Part shown: positions 1 through 9,822 of the stretch, one piece after another
Layout: every line of letters starts with the position of its first letter
Numbering within the stretch: position 1 is the stretch's first letter
Program-made: the position numbers and the translations under genes
The notes under the pieces: generated by a model
The model's database searches: none
Told to the model about the DNA's origin: nothing
What the model saw: only the letters and a program-made list of their open reading frames with translations
Assembly: GCA_041674405.1 (NCBI GenBank)
Contig: JBAYVT010000005.1
Span: 112,284-144,283 of the forward strand
Source of the DNA: Patescibacteria group bacterium
GTDB lineage: Bacteria; Patescibacteriota; UBA1384; XYA2-FULL-43-10
Length of the DNA: 32,000 bases
Reading direction: 5' to 3'

Positions 1-756
1 CAAAATCAGCGAATCAGGAATCGACATAATTTTTCCAAACATTATTGGCGCAGGCTCAGTAATCCCAATATAATTGCCTTCGCTCTTGCTCATTTTTTTC
101 TTACCATCAGTGCCAACCAAGAGCTTAAAAAGAACAATTTCTTGTGGAATTTGGCCAATTTTTTTCTGCAATTCTCTTCCAGCTAAAATATTGAACTTCT
201 GATCTGAGCCGCCAAATTCAATATCTGCGTTTAATGCGACTGAATCATACGCTTGCATTAGGGGATAAAGCAGCTCGTGTAAGCCAACCTCTACACGATC
301 TTTGATCCGTTTCGAAAAATCATCACGTTCAATGATTGAGGCTACAGTAAACTTTCCAGCAAGAGAAAGTATGTCACTAAAAGTCATGTTTTTGAACCAC
401 TCAGAATTGTATCTGACTTCAGTTTTTTTAAGGTCCAAAATTTTTGAAACCTGATCAAAATATGTCTTGGCATTACACTTAATTTCTTCATCAGAGAGAA
501 CAGGGCGTGTTGTATTTCTGCCCGATGGATCGCCAATTTTGGTAGTGTAGTCGCCTATCAGAAAAATAACAGTGTGTCCCATTTCCTGTAATTCTTTAAG
601 CTTCCACATCGCCACCGCATGGCCCAGATGGATGTCTGGCCTTGTCGGATCTACCCCGTATTTAATGCGAAGTTTTTTGCCTGTTTTCAATCTTTTTTGA
701 AGCGAATCACTGCTGATAATTTCTTCAACTCCAGATTTCCACAAATTATTTTTCAT
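1..756 (-). CDS. tyrS: tyrosine--tRNA ligase, N-terminal ~252 codons (gene runs off the left edge)
   Basis: Not in the ORF track because there is no stop in the window. Minus-strand translation from ATG 756..754 (SD-like AGAGGA upstream) reads MKNNLWKSGVEEII...VDPTRPDIHLGHAVAMWKL...FGGSDQKFN...GKKKMSKSEGNYI. These are class I HIGH-type (HLGH) and KMSKS signatures in a TyrRS-like context. The frame stays open to position 1. Confidence 0.85.
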   Translation of the reverse strand, partial: MKNNLWKSGVEEIISSDSLQKRLKTGKKLRIKYGVDPTRPDIHLGHAVAMWKLKELQEMGHTVIFLIGDYTTKIGDPSGRNTTRPVLSDEEIKCNAKTYFDQVSKILDLKKTEVRYNSEWFKNMTFSDILSLAGKFTVASIIERDDFSKRIKDRVEVGLHELLYPLMQAYDSVALNADIEFGGSDQKFNILAGRELQKKIGQIPQEIVLFKLLVGTDGKKKMSKSEGNYIGITEPAPIMFGKIMSIPDSLIL

Positions 757-848
757 GTTTTCCTCTTTTTATGCTTCTATACTTACTAAATTTCGACTGG
801 GGAAAAGTGCCTGGAAATTTAGTAGTGTTAAGAATCTTTCCATCATTC

Positions 849-877
849 TTGACACTTCAACCTCATCTCCGTATAAT
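849..877 (+). promoter_or_regulatory. sigma70-type promoter candidate P1 for the class A PBP gene
   Basis: TTGACA (849-854), 17-nt spacer, TATAAT (872-877). Both hexamers are consensus. It lies about 135 nt upstream of ATG 1011. Confidence 0.5.
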
Positions 878-934
878 TGTGTCGTTTCAAGTTAATGTAA
901 ATTTTTTCGACTAAAAATTGACTCGTATATTCTG

Positions 935-963
935 TTTACAGAATATCAATCTGATTCTATAAT
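935..963 (+). promoter_or_regulatory. second promoter candidate P2 for the class A PBP gene
   Basis: TTTACA (935-940), 17-nt spacer, TATAAT (958-963). It lies about 48 nt upstream of ATG 1011. Confidence 0.4.
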
Positions 964-1010
964 GTAAAGCATAGAACTTCGAGAAGAAGGGTAATCGAAG
1001 AAAGGTTTAA

Positions 1011-3791
1011 ATGTCAAAAAAGCATGATCTTTTTGGAAAACTGAGAAATCCGCTCAATATCAAAAAACTCTTAACCCCACATCGCAAAAAAAAGTTTACG
1101 TGGAAAACATTAGGGAAATACGCACTTTACGCATTGGGCGCATTTGTTGTTTTTATTATCATTCTCTTTGTTTGGTATGCTAAAGATCTTCCCACCCCAT
1201 CGAAGATTGCAAGCCAAACCATGTCTCAATCCACAAAATTGTACGATCGAACCGGCAACACCTTGCTGTACGAAACCGGTAATGAAAAACGAACAATTGT
1301 AAAAAGTGATCAATTTTCCGATAACTTGAAAAAAGCAACTGTCGCAGTCGAGGATTCGGATTTTTATTCAAATCACGGATTTTCGATCCGCGGTATCATG
1401 TCCGCAGTGTGGCAAAAGGTTTCTGGAAAAACAGTGGTAATGCGCGGAGGATCAACCATTACCCAACAATATGTCAAAAATGCACTCCTAACATCTGATC
1501 GATCTTTTTCAAGAAAAGTAAAAGAACTAATCCTGTCGATCGAACTTGAATTTATGTACAACAAAGATGAAATTTTGACAATGTATTTAAATGAAATTCC
1601 CTATGGCAATTCAACCGCAGGCGCCGAAGCTGCGTCGGCAATGTACTATGGAATTCCGGCCAAAGATCTGGACTTGTCACAGGCAGCCACTATCGCCGCA
1701 ATTCCCCAAGCACCAACTTATTATTCCCCTTATGGCACGCATACTAATTCTCTAATCAATCGCAAAAATTATGTTCTCGACCGAATGGTTGATACTAAGG
1801 TAATCACCAAGGAGCAAGCGGATGCCGCCAAAGCCCAAGACACGACCACCGTTGGAACGATAATCAAACCGCGAAAAGACAATTTGATCGCACCTCACTT
1901 TGCAATGTATGTTTTGCAAGAAGCTGTTGATGAATATGGTGAACAGGCTATTCAAAATGAAGGATTAAGCATTACCACCACCCTTGATTATGACAAGCAA
2001 AAAATCGCCGAGGACGCAATAACAGCTGGCATGCCAAAAGTTGAAAAATATGGAGGATCAAACGGCGCTTTGGTCTCTGTGGACACCAAAACCGGACAAA
2101 TTCTCACAATGGTAGGATCAAAGGATTATTATGATACTTCAATTGACGGTAATGTTAATGTTACTGATTCACTACGCCAGCCAGGATCATCCTTTAAGCC
2201 CTATGTCTACGCGACAGCTCTTAAATCGAAAGAGTTTTCTCCTGCTCGAACGCTATTTGATTTAACGACAGATTTTGGCGGAGGATATGTTCCCCATGAT
2301 TATGACGGATCCACGCGCGGGCCAGTGACCCTTCGCCAAGCTCTTGATAATTCACTTAACATTCCAGCAGTCAAAACGCTTTCTCTCGCAGGCATTGATA
2401 ATGTGATTGAAACAGCAAAAAGCATGGGGGTTACTTCCTTAAATGATCGAGATAAATATGGTTTATCATTCGCCCTCGGAACTGCGGAGATCCGGCCGGT
2501 CGAGATGGCGGGAGCATTCGCAACATTTGCTACAAATGGCATACATCATGACGTAAAAAGTATATTAAAAGTAACCGATTCACATGGAAAGTTACTATAT
2601 GAATATAAACAGGAAAAAGACAAAGGAAACCAGGCGCTTGACCCACAAATTGCTTATGAGATGAGCAATATACTTTCCGATAATCAGGCGCGATCACTAG
2701 TGTTCGGCACACGCTCTCCATTGGCATTCTCCGGAAAAACAATCGGTGCCAAAACCGGCACCACTTCAGATTTCAAAGATGCATGGACGGTTGGTTTTTC
2801 AAAATCCATTGCCACTGCTGTTTGGGTGGGTAACAACAATAATACAAAGATGAGCAGCGGAGCAGATGGTGTTGTGGTCGCTGCCCCGATTTTTCATACA
2901 TACATGGACAAGGTGGTTACAGCCGATGAGCCATTTGATAAGCCAGAAGGAATTCAAACTGTTACTGTTGATCGTTTTTCAATGAAATTACCGACCGATC
3001 AAACAACCGAGACCATTACTGACATTTTTGCATCATGGCAAGTTCCCACAGAAAAAGACGCGACCAGCGTTAGCGTTAAAGTCTGCAAATCAAACGGACT
3101 CTTGGCTGGTGATGATGTAAATGAAGCCCTTACCGAATACAGGTCATATCGCGCAGTACATTCAGAGCGTCCTGACAATCCAAATTGGGAAGGGCCAGTT
3201 CGATCTTGGGCAGAGGCCCATGGCTACGCCAATTTTCCACCGACAGAAAAATGCAATCCTGGCGACGCATCATTACAAGTGACGATCAATACCCCGGGTA
3301 ATGGTGATAGCGTTTCGGGCAGCAGTTCAATATCAGCTTCAGTAAACGGGACCTTTAACATAAAAGACGTAACTTTTTATATCGATGACATATCTATTGG
3401 CAGTGACGATTCTACCCCATACGCAGTGAATTTTGATTTCGACAACCTATCTGAAGGAAATCACACCATTTCTGCCATTGCCACGGATGTAACAGGCACT
3501 ACTTCGAAAGATACGATTTCAATCATAAGCTCAAAATCTCCGCCAACAATTTCCGCAATTGATGCCCAGGTTTCCGGAACCAGTGTCACTATAACCTGGA
3601 CTACCAACAAAGAATCAAGTTCTCAGGTACTATACGGACTTACGAATGCATTGGGGTCGTCATCCTCACTTGATCCTAATAACAAAACTTCACATTCGGT
3701 TAAAATTAATGGATTATCTCCAGGAAAAAAATATTATTTTCAAGTGAAATCGGGATCAGCCACATCAGACATTAAAAATTTTCAAACTTAA
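1011..3791 (+). CDS. class A penicillin-binding protein (PBP1A family: glycosyltransferase GT51 plus transpeptidase) with a long C-terminal Ig-like/FN3-like extension
   Basis: 926-aa ORF with an N-terminal TM segment. GT51 motifs: EDSDFYSNHG, GGSTITQQ, RKVKE. Transpeptidase motifs: SSFKP (SxxK), SLN (SxN), KTGTT. The last ~250 aa are Ser/Thr-rich beta-type repeats (VTFYIDD...STPYAVNFD...; VTITWTTNKESSSQVLYG...GLSPGKKYYFQVKS). Confidence 0.9.
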   Translation: MSKKHDLFGKLRNPLNIKKLLTPHRKKKFTWKTLGKYALYALGAFVVFIIILFVWYAKDLPTPSKIASQTMSQSTKLYDRTGNTLLYETGNEKRTIVKSDQFSDNLKKATVAVEDSDFYSNHGFSIRGIMSAVWQKVSGKTVVMRGGSTITQQYVKNALLTSDRSFSRKVKELILSIELEFMYNKDEILTMYLNEIPYGNSTAGAEAASAMYYGIPAKDLDLSQAATIAAIPQAPTYYSPYGTHTNSLINRKNYVLDRMVDTKVITKEQADAAKAQDTTTVGTIIKPRKDNLIAPHFAMYVLQEAVDEYGEQAIQNEGLSITTTLDYDKQKIAEDAITAGMPKVEKYGGSNGALVSVDTKTGQILTMVGSKDYYDTSIDGNVNVTDSLRQPGSSFKPYVYATALKSKEFSPARTLFDLTTDFGGGYVPHDYDGSTRGPVTLRQALDNSLNIPAVKTLSLAGIDNVIETAKSMGVTSLNDRDKYGLSFALGTAEIRPVEMAGAFATFATNGIHHDVKSILKVTDSHGKLLYEYKQEKDKGNQALDPQIAYEMSNILSDNQARSLVFGTRSPLAFSGKTIGAKTGTTSDFKDAWTVGFSKSIATAVWVGNNNNTKMSSGADGVVVAAPIFHTYMDKVVTADEPFDKPEGIQTVTVDRFSMKLPTDQTTETITDIFASWQVPTEKDATSVSVKVCKSNGLLAGDDVNEALTEYRSYRAVHSERPDNPNWEGPVRSWAEAHGYANFPPTEKCNPGDASLQVTINTPGNGDSVSGSSSISASVNGTFNIKDVTFYIDDISIGSDDSTPYAVNFDFDNLSEGNHTISAIATDVTGTTSKDTISIISSKSPPTISAIDAQVSGTSVTITWTTNKESSSQVLYGLTNALGSSSSLDPNNKTSHSVKINGLSPGKKYYFQVKSGSATSDIKNFQT

Positions 3792-3820
3792 AGAACTCAA
3801 ATTAAATTTGTGTTTAATCT

Positions 3821-3857
3821 GACAAAAGCGGCAAAAAGCCGCTTTTGTCTTTTGTTT
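3821..3857. terminator. bidirectional intrinsic terminator between the convergent PBP1A and radA genes
   Basis: Perfect 12-bp stem GACAAAAGCGGC / GCCGCTTTTGTC with an AAAAA loop (3821-3849), followed by TTTTGTTT. The A-run inside the left arm serves the opposite strand. Confidence 0.7.
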
Positions 3858-3867
3858 AGAACTTATT

Positions 3868-5145
3868 CTAGCTTAACAAATCGTTAATTTTTACAAGTTT
3901 AGGCAAAAATTTATATCCCAATTTTTCCGCTTCCTTTTTTCTATCCACCGCCTTTGGCACAGGCCGGATTTCGCCCATAAGGCCAACTTCACCGAAGAAA
4001 CATAAATCTTTCGGTATTGGCTTATTTAAGTATGAAGAAATTATTGCGGCACAGATCGCAAGATCAACTGCCGGCTCTCGTAATTTCAAGCCGCCAATAA
4101 CATTGATGTAAATATCCTGATTGGAGAGATTGATTTTTGTTGACTTTGATATAACCGCAGCAAGAAGATTTAAACGATTTAGGTCAAAACCGGATGAGGT
4201 CCTTTTTGGGTAACCAAAATTTGTTGTAATAGTTAAAGCTTGAATTTCTACAAGAATCGGTCTTGTTCCTTCAAGCGTTACAGCCACAACACTACCAGGT
4301 GATTTGTCTGGACGTTCGGCTAAAAACAACTCGGATGGATTTTCGATCGGAATCATTCCACTCTCAGACATCGAGAATATTCCCGCCTCATTCGTTGCGC
4401 CAAATCTGTTTTTAATTCCGCGCAAAATTCTGGCATCATGAAATCGTTCGCCCTCAAGATAAAGAACGACATCAACCAAGTGTTCAAGGATCCTTGGCCC
4501 GGCGATTGACCCTTCTTTGGTGACATGGCCGATCAAAATTACCGGAATTTTTGTTGTTTTAGCCAACCTCTGGAGAAATATTCCACACTCTCTGACCTGG
4601 ACTAAGCTGCCAGGGGTCGAGGGTAAATCATTCAAAAATACCGTTTGTATTGAGTCAACTATAATAAGCTCCGGCTTGTTTTTTTTAACTTCTCGCTCAA
4701 AGGCGTTAAGGTCTCCTCCGGAATATAAAGTGATGTTCTTTGATTTTAGGCCCAACCTATCGGCCCGGAGTTTTATTTGCTCCAGAGATTCCTCAGCTGA
4801 AAGATAAAGGCAATTTTTAATTTTATCGGCAACCTCCAAAATCAAGGTTGATTTTCCGATTCCCGGTTCCCCGCCCAGAAGAATTATGGAACCCCTTACA
4901 ATTCCTCCGCCTAGTACTCTATCAAATTCAGAAATTCCGGTTTTTTCCCTACCAAAATTACCAACTTTTATATCAGATAAATTGGATTTTTCAATTGAGT
5001 CAGGTGCAATATTTTGATGTGAATCAGTAAAACTCATTTCCTTTAGGCTATTCCATTCACCGCAAGCATCACATTTTCCCGACCAGGCCGAAAATTCATT
5101 GCCACAGGAGGAGCATATAAATATCGTTTTATTCTTTTTGGCCAT
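3868..5145 (-). CDS. radA: DNA repair protein RadA/Sms
   Basis: 425 aa. N-terminal zinc ribbon CSSCGNEFSAWSGKCDACGEWNS, Walker A GEPGIGKST, KNRFG motif, Lon-protease-like C-terminal domain. Confidence 0.9.
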   Translation of the reverse strand: MAKKNKTIFICSSCGNEFSAWSGKCDACGEWNSLKEMSFTDSHQNIAPDSIEKSNLSDIKVGNFGREKTGISEFDRVLGGGIVRGSIILLGGEPGIGKSTLILEVADKIKNCLYLSAEESLEQIKLRADRLGLKSKNITLYSGGDLNAFEREVKKNKPELIIVDSIQTVFLNDLPSTPGSLVQVRECGIFLQRLAKTTKIPVILIGHVTKEGSIAGPRILEHLVDVVLYLEGERFHDARILRGIKNRFGATNEAGIFSMSESGMIPIENPSELFLAERPDKSPGSVVAVTLEGTRPILVEIQALTITTNFGYPKRTSSGFDLNRLNLLAAVISKSTKINLSNQDIYINVIGGLKLREPAVDLAICAAIISSYLNKPIPKDLCFFGEVGLMGEIRPVPKAVDRKKEAEKLGYKFLPKLVKINDLLS

Positions 5146-6799
5146 TTTCCCTCATATCAATAATATTAGCTGAAACATAATTTTTACCATTCCAAAAATC
5201 TTCATCAAGTGTAAATATCATATCATAACGTTTGTTTTCACTAAATTTCTGATTACAATTAAAAAATATGGACTTGATTTTCTTTTCACCAGAAACAATT
5301 CGAAACGATTGATGGGTATTATTTTTTCCCACACAGCGGATATCGGATATTTTTACATTATTAAGCTCAAAAACAGGCCTCGGATTCCCCATACCAAATG
5401 GCTCCAATTGTTTTAATCTTGAAGTTAACGATAACGAAAGTGATGCGAAATTTATCAGAGTATCAACTTTTGCAACTTTTTCAAAAAGTTTTTTATCTAA
5501 ATTATTACACAGTTGTATGAATTCCTCATAAAATTTCTGGAACTTCGATTTTTTAACAGCTAGGCCCGCTGCCCCCTTATGTCCACCAAATCTTTCAATT
5601 TTACTACTACATTTTTCTAATAGCACTATCAGATTCACACCCGAAACACTTCTTGCGCTACCAACATATGGATCGGAGCGATCAGAAAAAATAATGGCTG
5701 GACGCGAAAATTTCTCAACTAGATGGCTAGCCGAGGGACCAAGCACACCCTTATGCCAATCCCCAAGAACGACCAATGTATTATTTTTAAGTAAATTTTC
5801 TTTTTCAATCCTTTCAGCTACTTTTTTTTCAAGTGCCGCCATTTCTTCTTGGCGCTTTTCGTTTGTCTGATTCAAAGAAAAGGCCAACTCTGCCGCTTCT
5901 TTTTTATCTTTAGTCACAAGAAGCATAAAAGACTTTGTTGCATGATCAAGGCGGCCAGGGGCGTTAATTCTTGGACCAATCTGAAAACCAATGGAATATG
6001 AATTGATTTTCTCTTTATCGATATTTGCTACTTTATATAGTTCCAAAAGCCCAACATTTTTTGTTTTTTTAAGTACCATCAAACCAAATCTTGCAATAAT
6101 TCGATTCTCATCTACAAGAGGAACAACATCAGAAATTGTCGATATTGCCACAAGATCCATATTCCATTTAACAAAAGACTCACTGATTTTTTGGGGGTAT
6201 TTTTTAGACAAGCCCTGTATTAGTTTAAAAATTACCCCTGCTCCAGAAAGCTCACGAAATGGATATTTTGAACCTTTAATTTTCGGATTCATAATTGCAT
6301 ACACATCAGGCAAATTATCACCTGGCTCGTGATGGTCGGTAATAATCAGGCAAATGTCTTTTAATTTTGCATAATTAGCTTCTTCAACATTTCTAATACC
6401 AAGGTCAACGGTAATGATTATGCTGCAATCTCTTTGTAATAAATAATCGATCCCTTCAGTGCTTAGGCCGTAGCCTGATTCCCTGTTGGGAATATAAATT
6501 TCTGATCGGATATTTAGTACTTCTAGCATTTTGTGCAGCAATGCCGAGCCCGGAATTCCATCAGCATCATAGTCGGCAAATATTCCGATTTTCATGTCAT
6601 GTTCTATCGCTTCACGAATTTTATTTTCAATCTTTTTATAACTTGGCAATAATTCTGGGTTATGAAAATCTTTTTCAAAATCTGGATTCAAAAATCTTTC
6701 AACAGATTTCGAATCATATCGTTCGCCAAGAATTCCCCTATTAAATAAAATTTGAAGCATGATATCGTCATACTTTTTTTTAGCAATTTTCCATTTCAT
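5129..6799 (-). CDS. recJ: single-stranded-DNA-specific exonuclease RecJ
   Basis: 556 aa. DHH-family motifs DYDADG, ITDHHEP and GGHKGAAG (DHHA1). Overlaps the radA start by 17 nt, indicating an operon. Confidence 0.9.
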   Translation of the reverse strand: MKWKIAKKKYDDIMLQILFNRGILGERYDSKSVERFLNPDFEKDFHNPELLPSYKKIENKIREAIEHDMKIGIFADYDADGIPGSALLHKMLEVLNIRSEIYIPNRESGYGLSTEGIDYLLQRDCSIIITVDLGIRNVEEANYAKLKDICLIITDHHEPGDNLPDVYAIMNPKIKGSKYPFRELSGAGVIFKLIQGLSKKYPQKISESFVKWNMDLVAISTISDVVPLVDENRIIARFGLMVLKKTKNVGLLELYKVANIDKEKINSYSIGFQIGPRINAPGRLDHATKSFMLLVTKDKKEAAELAFSLNQTNEKRQEEMAALEKKVAERIEKENLLKNNTLVVLGDWHKGVLGPSASHLVEKFSRPAIIFSDRSDPYVGSARSVSGVNLIVLLEKCSSKIERFGGHKGAAGLAVKKSKFQKFYEEFIQLCNNLDKKLFEKVAKVDTLINFASLSLSLTSRLKQLEPFGMGNPRPVFELNNVKISDIRCVGKNNTHQSFRIVSGEKKIKSIFFNCNQKFSENKRYDMIFTLDEDFWNGKNYVSANIIDMRENGQKE

Positions 6800-6835
6800 G
6801 TGGTTTTTAAACTTTCCACTTTATCTTCTTTGGGT

Positions 6836-7642
6836 TCATTTGTAGTATGCCCAACCATCCACTCTAAGGTCAACATATTCGTTTATATTTCCAGCCCCCT
6901 GAATCATCACAGCCTTTAAATCGTTTAGTTGTTTATTACTGGATCTCGTTGAATCGAACTTGATCATTGCCCCTTCTTTGGTGTACAAATTAAGATCAAA
7001 GGTTGTCTCTGAGATTACAAAACGATCCGGATGCAAATTAGCCATTTCGGCAATATTTTTGTAAATATTTAAAGAAAAGGCAACAAAGCTTGGGCTAACA
7101 ATTTGTTTTTGCAGATCAACTGGTAACTTTTGTGCATCCTCAATAATCGGAAGGTTGGAAAAACTTGATATGTCCGCAGTGACATCCTTGTAAGCCCTTC
7201 CTTGAGAATCAAGTAAATAAAATTTATCGCCCGTTTTCCAGACAATCGCCTGATCGAATTCCACGACTACTATCTTTAGGGCATCTGGAAAACCTTTGTA
7301 TATCTGTACGTCATTTATTTCTGGAATATTTTGTTTTATTTTCTTTTCTATATTGCCCGTGTTTACTATAAAAATATTTTTATCCTTTGGAACAATCGAG
7401 GATATTTTTTCAGTGGTAACAAGATTATTCCCTTCAATAATAATATCTCGAACCACGAAACTACTGGATAAAAATAGCCACCACAAAAATACAATCAGTG
7501 CTGCCACAATTAAAATATTCCCCATCGATAAAAATGAAGATATTCGAAGTTCAGTTCTTTTCCGCTCTTTTCTTTCTAAATAAATTTTCGGTTGCCGAAA
7601 ATTTTGAGTACGTTCTCTTTTTATCAGCCTCCTTCTTACCAT
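6836..7642 (-). CDS. ftsQ: cell division protein FtsQ/DivIB-like (single TM plus POTRA)
   Basis: 268 aa. Basic N-terminus, one TM segment (ILIVAALIVFLWWLFL), POTRA-like VVRDIIIEGNNLVTTEKI. It sits directly after murB, and ATG 7642 overlaps the murB stop. Confidence 0.65.
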   Translation of the reverse strand: MVRRRLIKRERTQNFRQPKIYLERKERKRTELRISSFLSMGNILIVAALIVFLWWLFLSSSFVVRDIIIEGNNLVTTEKISSIVPKDKNIFIVNTGNIEKKIKQNIPEINDVQIYKGFPDALKIVVVEFDQAIVWKTGDKFYLLDSQGRAYKDVTADISSFSNLPIIEDAQKLPVDLQKQIVSPSFVAFSLNIYKNIAEMANLHPDRFVISETTFDLNLYTKEGAMIKFDSTRSSNKQLNDLKAVMIQGAGNINEYVDLRVDGWAYYK

Positions 7643-8577
7643 TTGCCCAGATACTCAACTTCTTCCTCAAGCGTAATATGAAAATTTCTCTTTACCGCTT
7701 CTCTCATCTCGTCAGCTAAAATACGGACATCCTTTGCAGATGCGTTTTTTCTGTTTATTACAAAGTTTGCATGCTTAGATGAGACCGAGGCCCCACCAAC
7801 TCTCAATTTTTTTGCACCCGAATTTTCTAGAAGGTAACCCGCAGATTGTTCTCTGACTCGGCCGGGATTTTTGAAAAAACTGCCGGCGCTTTTATCGGAT
7901 AATGGTTGCGTCAATTTTTTTTGTTCTAAATTCTCGATTATAGTACGAAGGATCTCATCTTTCCTTTTCTGGGCTAACTGAATTTTTACAGTTAATATTA
8001 CCGGCTTAAATTCTTTATTTTTGTTTCCATTTTTTAGTTTACTTCCTCGATATTTAAAATCCATCCATTCGTGGCTGTGGCGAACGACGGCAAGCTTGCC
8101 CATCCGCTCTTCAAGAACAGTAACACTTTTTACATAGTCGCCAATTCCAAGGCTTTTGGAGCCTGCATTGTTATAAACCGCACCACCCAAAGTCCCAGGG
8201 ACCCCTGCGAGAAATTCTAATCCTCCAAGATCATACGAAGCAGCCAAATTTAATATTTTTCCCAACACCAGGCCAGAATCAGCAATAATTTCACCCGTTT
8301 CTTTGTTCACTACAACATTGGAACTTTCATTCTTTATTATCAAACCAGAAAAACCGTAATCAGAAAAAACCACATTATAGCCGCCCCCAAGAACAATAAA
8401 GGGAATTTTTAATTTGTATGCAGCATTTGTTGCAGCAACCAAGTCTTCAATATTTTTTGCAACATAAAAAAGATCAGCGATTCCCCCCACTCCAATGCTC
8501 GTATGTTCCCGAAGCAAAACATTGGTTTTTAACTCATCTCCCAGAACTACCCTGAGTTCTTGCTCCAAAGTATCCAT
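7636..8577 (-). CDS. murB: UDP-N-acetylenolpyruvoylglucosamine reductase
   Basis: 313 aa. FAD-binding N-terminus (SIGVGGIADLF, VLGGGYNV) and C-terminal GGASVSSKHANFVIN, typical of MurB. Confidence 0.9.
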   Translation of the reverse strand: MDTLEQELRVVLGDELKTNVLLREHTSIGVGGIADLFYVAKNIEDLVAATNAAYKLKIPFIVLGGGYNVVFSDYGFSGLIIKNESSNVVVNKETGEIIADSGLVLGKILNLAASYDLGGLEFLAGVPGTLGGAVYNNAGSKSLGIGDYVKSVTVLEERMGKLAVVRHSHEWMDFKYRGSKLKNGNKNKEFKPVILTVKIQLAQKRKDEILRTIIENLEQKKLTQPLSDKSAGSFFKNPGRVREQSAGYLLENSGAKKLRVGGASVSSKHANFVINRKNASAKDVRILADEMREAVKRNFHITLEEEVEYLGKW

Positions 8578-9821
8578 TATTTCTCCTTGACAATTTTTTC
8601 TGCCACCTTATAAATCGGTGGAATTCCAATAGTCAAAATTATACTTGAAGAATCGGTATTATTTATCAAATAATCACAAATTTCATCATCGTTATCAAAC
8701 ACTTTGGCCTTTTTACCCTTTGTGTTGATAATTTCTACAATCTTTTCAGAAGAAACATCGAGCTCCTCGTCCCGACCAGGCACAAAATAAATTGGTTTTA
8801 ATATAACATCATCTGCGAGTTTAAAAGCATCGGCAAATTCTGATAAAAGCGGCAAAATTCTTTTATACTGATGCGGCCAAAAAACTACAACTAATTTTTT
8901 ATCAGGAAACTGATCAGAAAGAGCCTTGATAGTTGCCCGAATTTCTGTGGGATGATGGCCATAATCGTCATAAACCTGGGCGCCGTTTATGCTTCCTTTG
9001 TACTCTAGCCTGCGATGCGCTCCTTTGAATTTTTTTAACACGCTTCTTGCAATATCCAATTTGATGCCGAGTTCTTTCCCCACAGAAATAGCGGCCTCAG
9101 AATTTAATTTATTATGTTCTCCCAGAAGGCCAATTTCGAATTCATTGCCAGAAATTTTGTACGGGACTTTCTTGGCATTTTCGTACTTATTTACAAGTTG
9201 AGATAGGTTTTGATCTTCTGCGCAATACACCAAAATCCCACCGCTTTTAATATTTTTGATAAATTCGCCAAAAGCGTCCAAAATTTCAGGTACCCCTCCC
9301 GGATATGTGTCCAGGTGCTCTTTATCAATATTCGTGATCACTGCAATATCTGGTTTAAAATCCAAAAAACTTCTGTCATATTCACAAGCCTCCATCACAA
9401 AATATTTTGATTTACCTATCCGAACCACATCCCCAAACTCCCTCACTTCTTCCCCTACCAAAACTGTCGGATCAAAGCCAGCTTCAATCATAATCAGGCC
9501 AATCAACGAAGTCACAGTTGTCTTTCCATGCATCCCGGAAATTGTTATTAAATATTTCTTCTTCGTAATATCCGCCAAGATTTCGGAGCGCTTTACTATC
9601 TTAATTCCCAATTTCTCCCCCTCTAAAACCTCAACCCATCCTGGAGATCCTGGGCTTACGGCAGAAGTTCTAACAATCACATCGATATCCGAAGATATAT
9701 TTTTAGCATCATGCCCCTTGAGCTTTAAATCAGATCCGGTCACAACATGCCCTTCATGTTCCAAAATTTTTTGTATTCCACGCATTGATACGCCCATTGA
9801 CCCGATCAGATGATAATGCAT
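8577..9821 (-). CDS. murC: UDP-N-acetylmuramate--L-alanine ligase
   Basis: 414 aa. Mur ligase P-loop ISGMHGKTTVTSL and the MurC-type DDYGHHPTEI motif. Its TAA stop overlaps the murB ATG (TAATG). Confidence 0.9.
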   Translation of the reverse strand: MHYHLIGSMGVSMRGIQKILEHEGHVVTGSDLKLKGHDAKNISSDIDVIVRTSAVSPGSPGWVEVLEGEKLGIKIVKRSEILADITKKKYLITISGMHGKTTVTSLIGLIMIEAGFDPTVLVGEEVREFGDVVRIGKSKYFVMEACEYDRSFLDFKPDIAVITNIDKEHLDTYPGGVPEILDAFGEFIKNIKSGGILVYCAEDQNLSQLVNKYENAKKVPYKISGNEFEIGLLGEHNKLNSEAAISVGKELGIKLDIARSVLKKFKGAHRRLEYKGSINGAQVYDDYGHHPTEIRATIKALSDQFPDKKLVVVFWPHQYKRILPLLSEFADAFKLADDVILKPIYFVPGRDEELDVSSEKIVEIINTKGKKAKVFDNDDEICDYLINNTDSSSIILTIGIPPIYKVAEKIVKEK

Positions 9822-9822
9822 A

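Noticed and set aside
757-848. T-box leader upstream of tyrS
   Set aside because: The intergenic space is too short once the divergent PBP promoter is accounted for, and no T-box or specifier-loop sequence was seen.
9256-9813. 185-aa plus-strand ORF
   Set aside because: It is antisense to murC, whose frame carries the Mur ligase motifs. Its composition is low-complexity.
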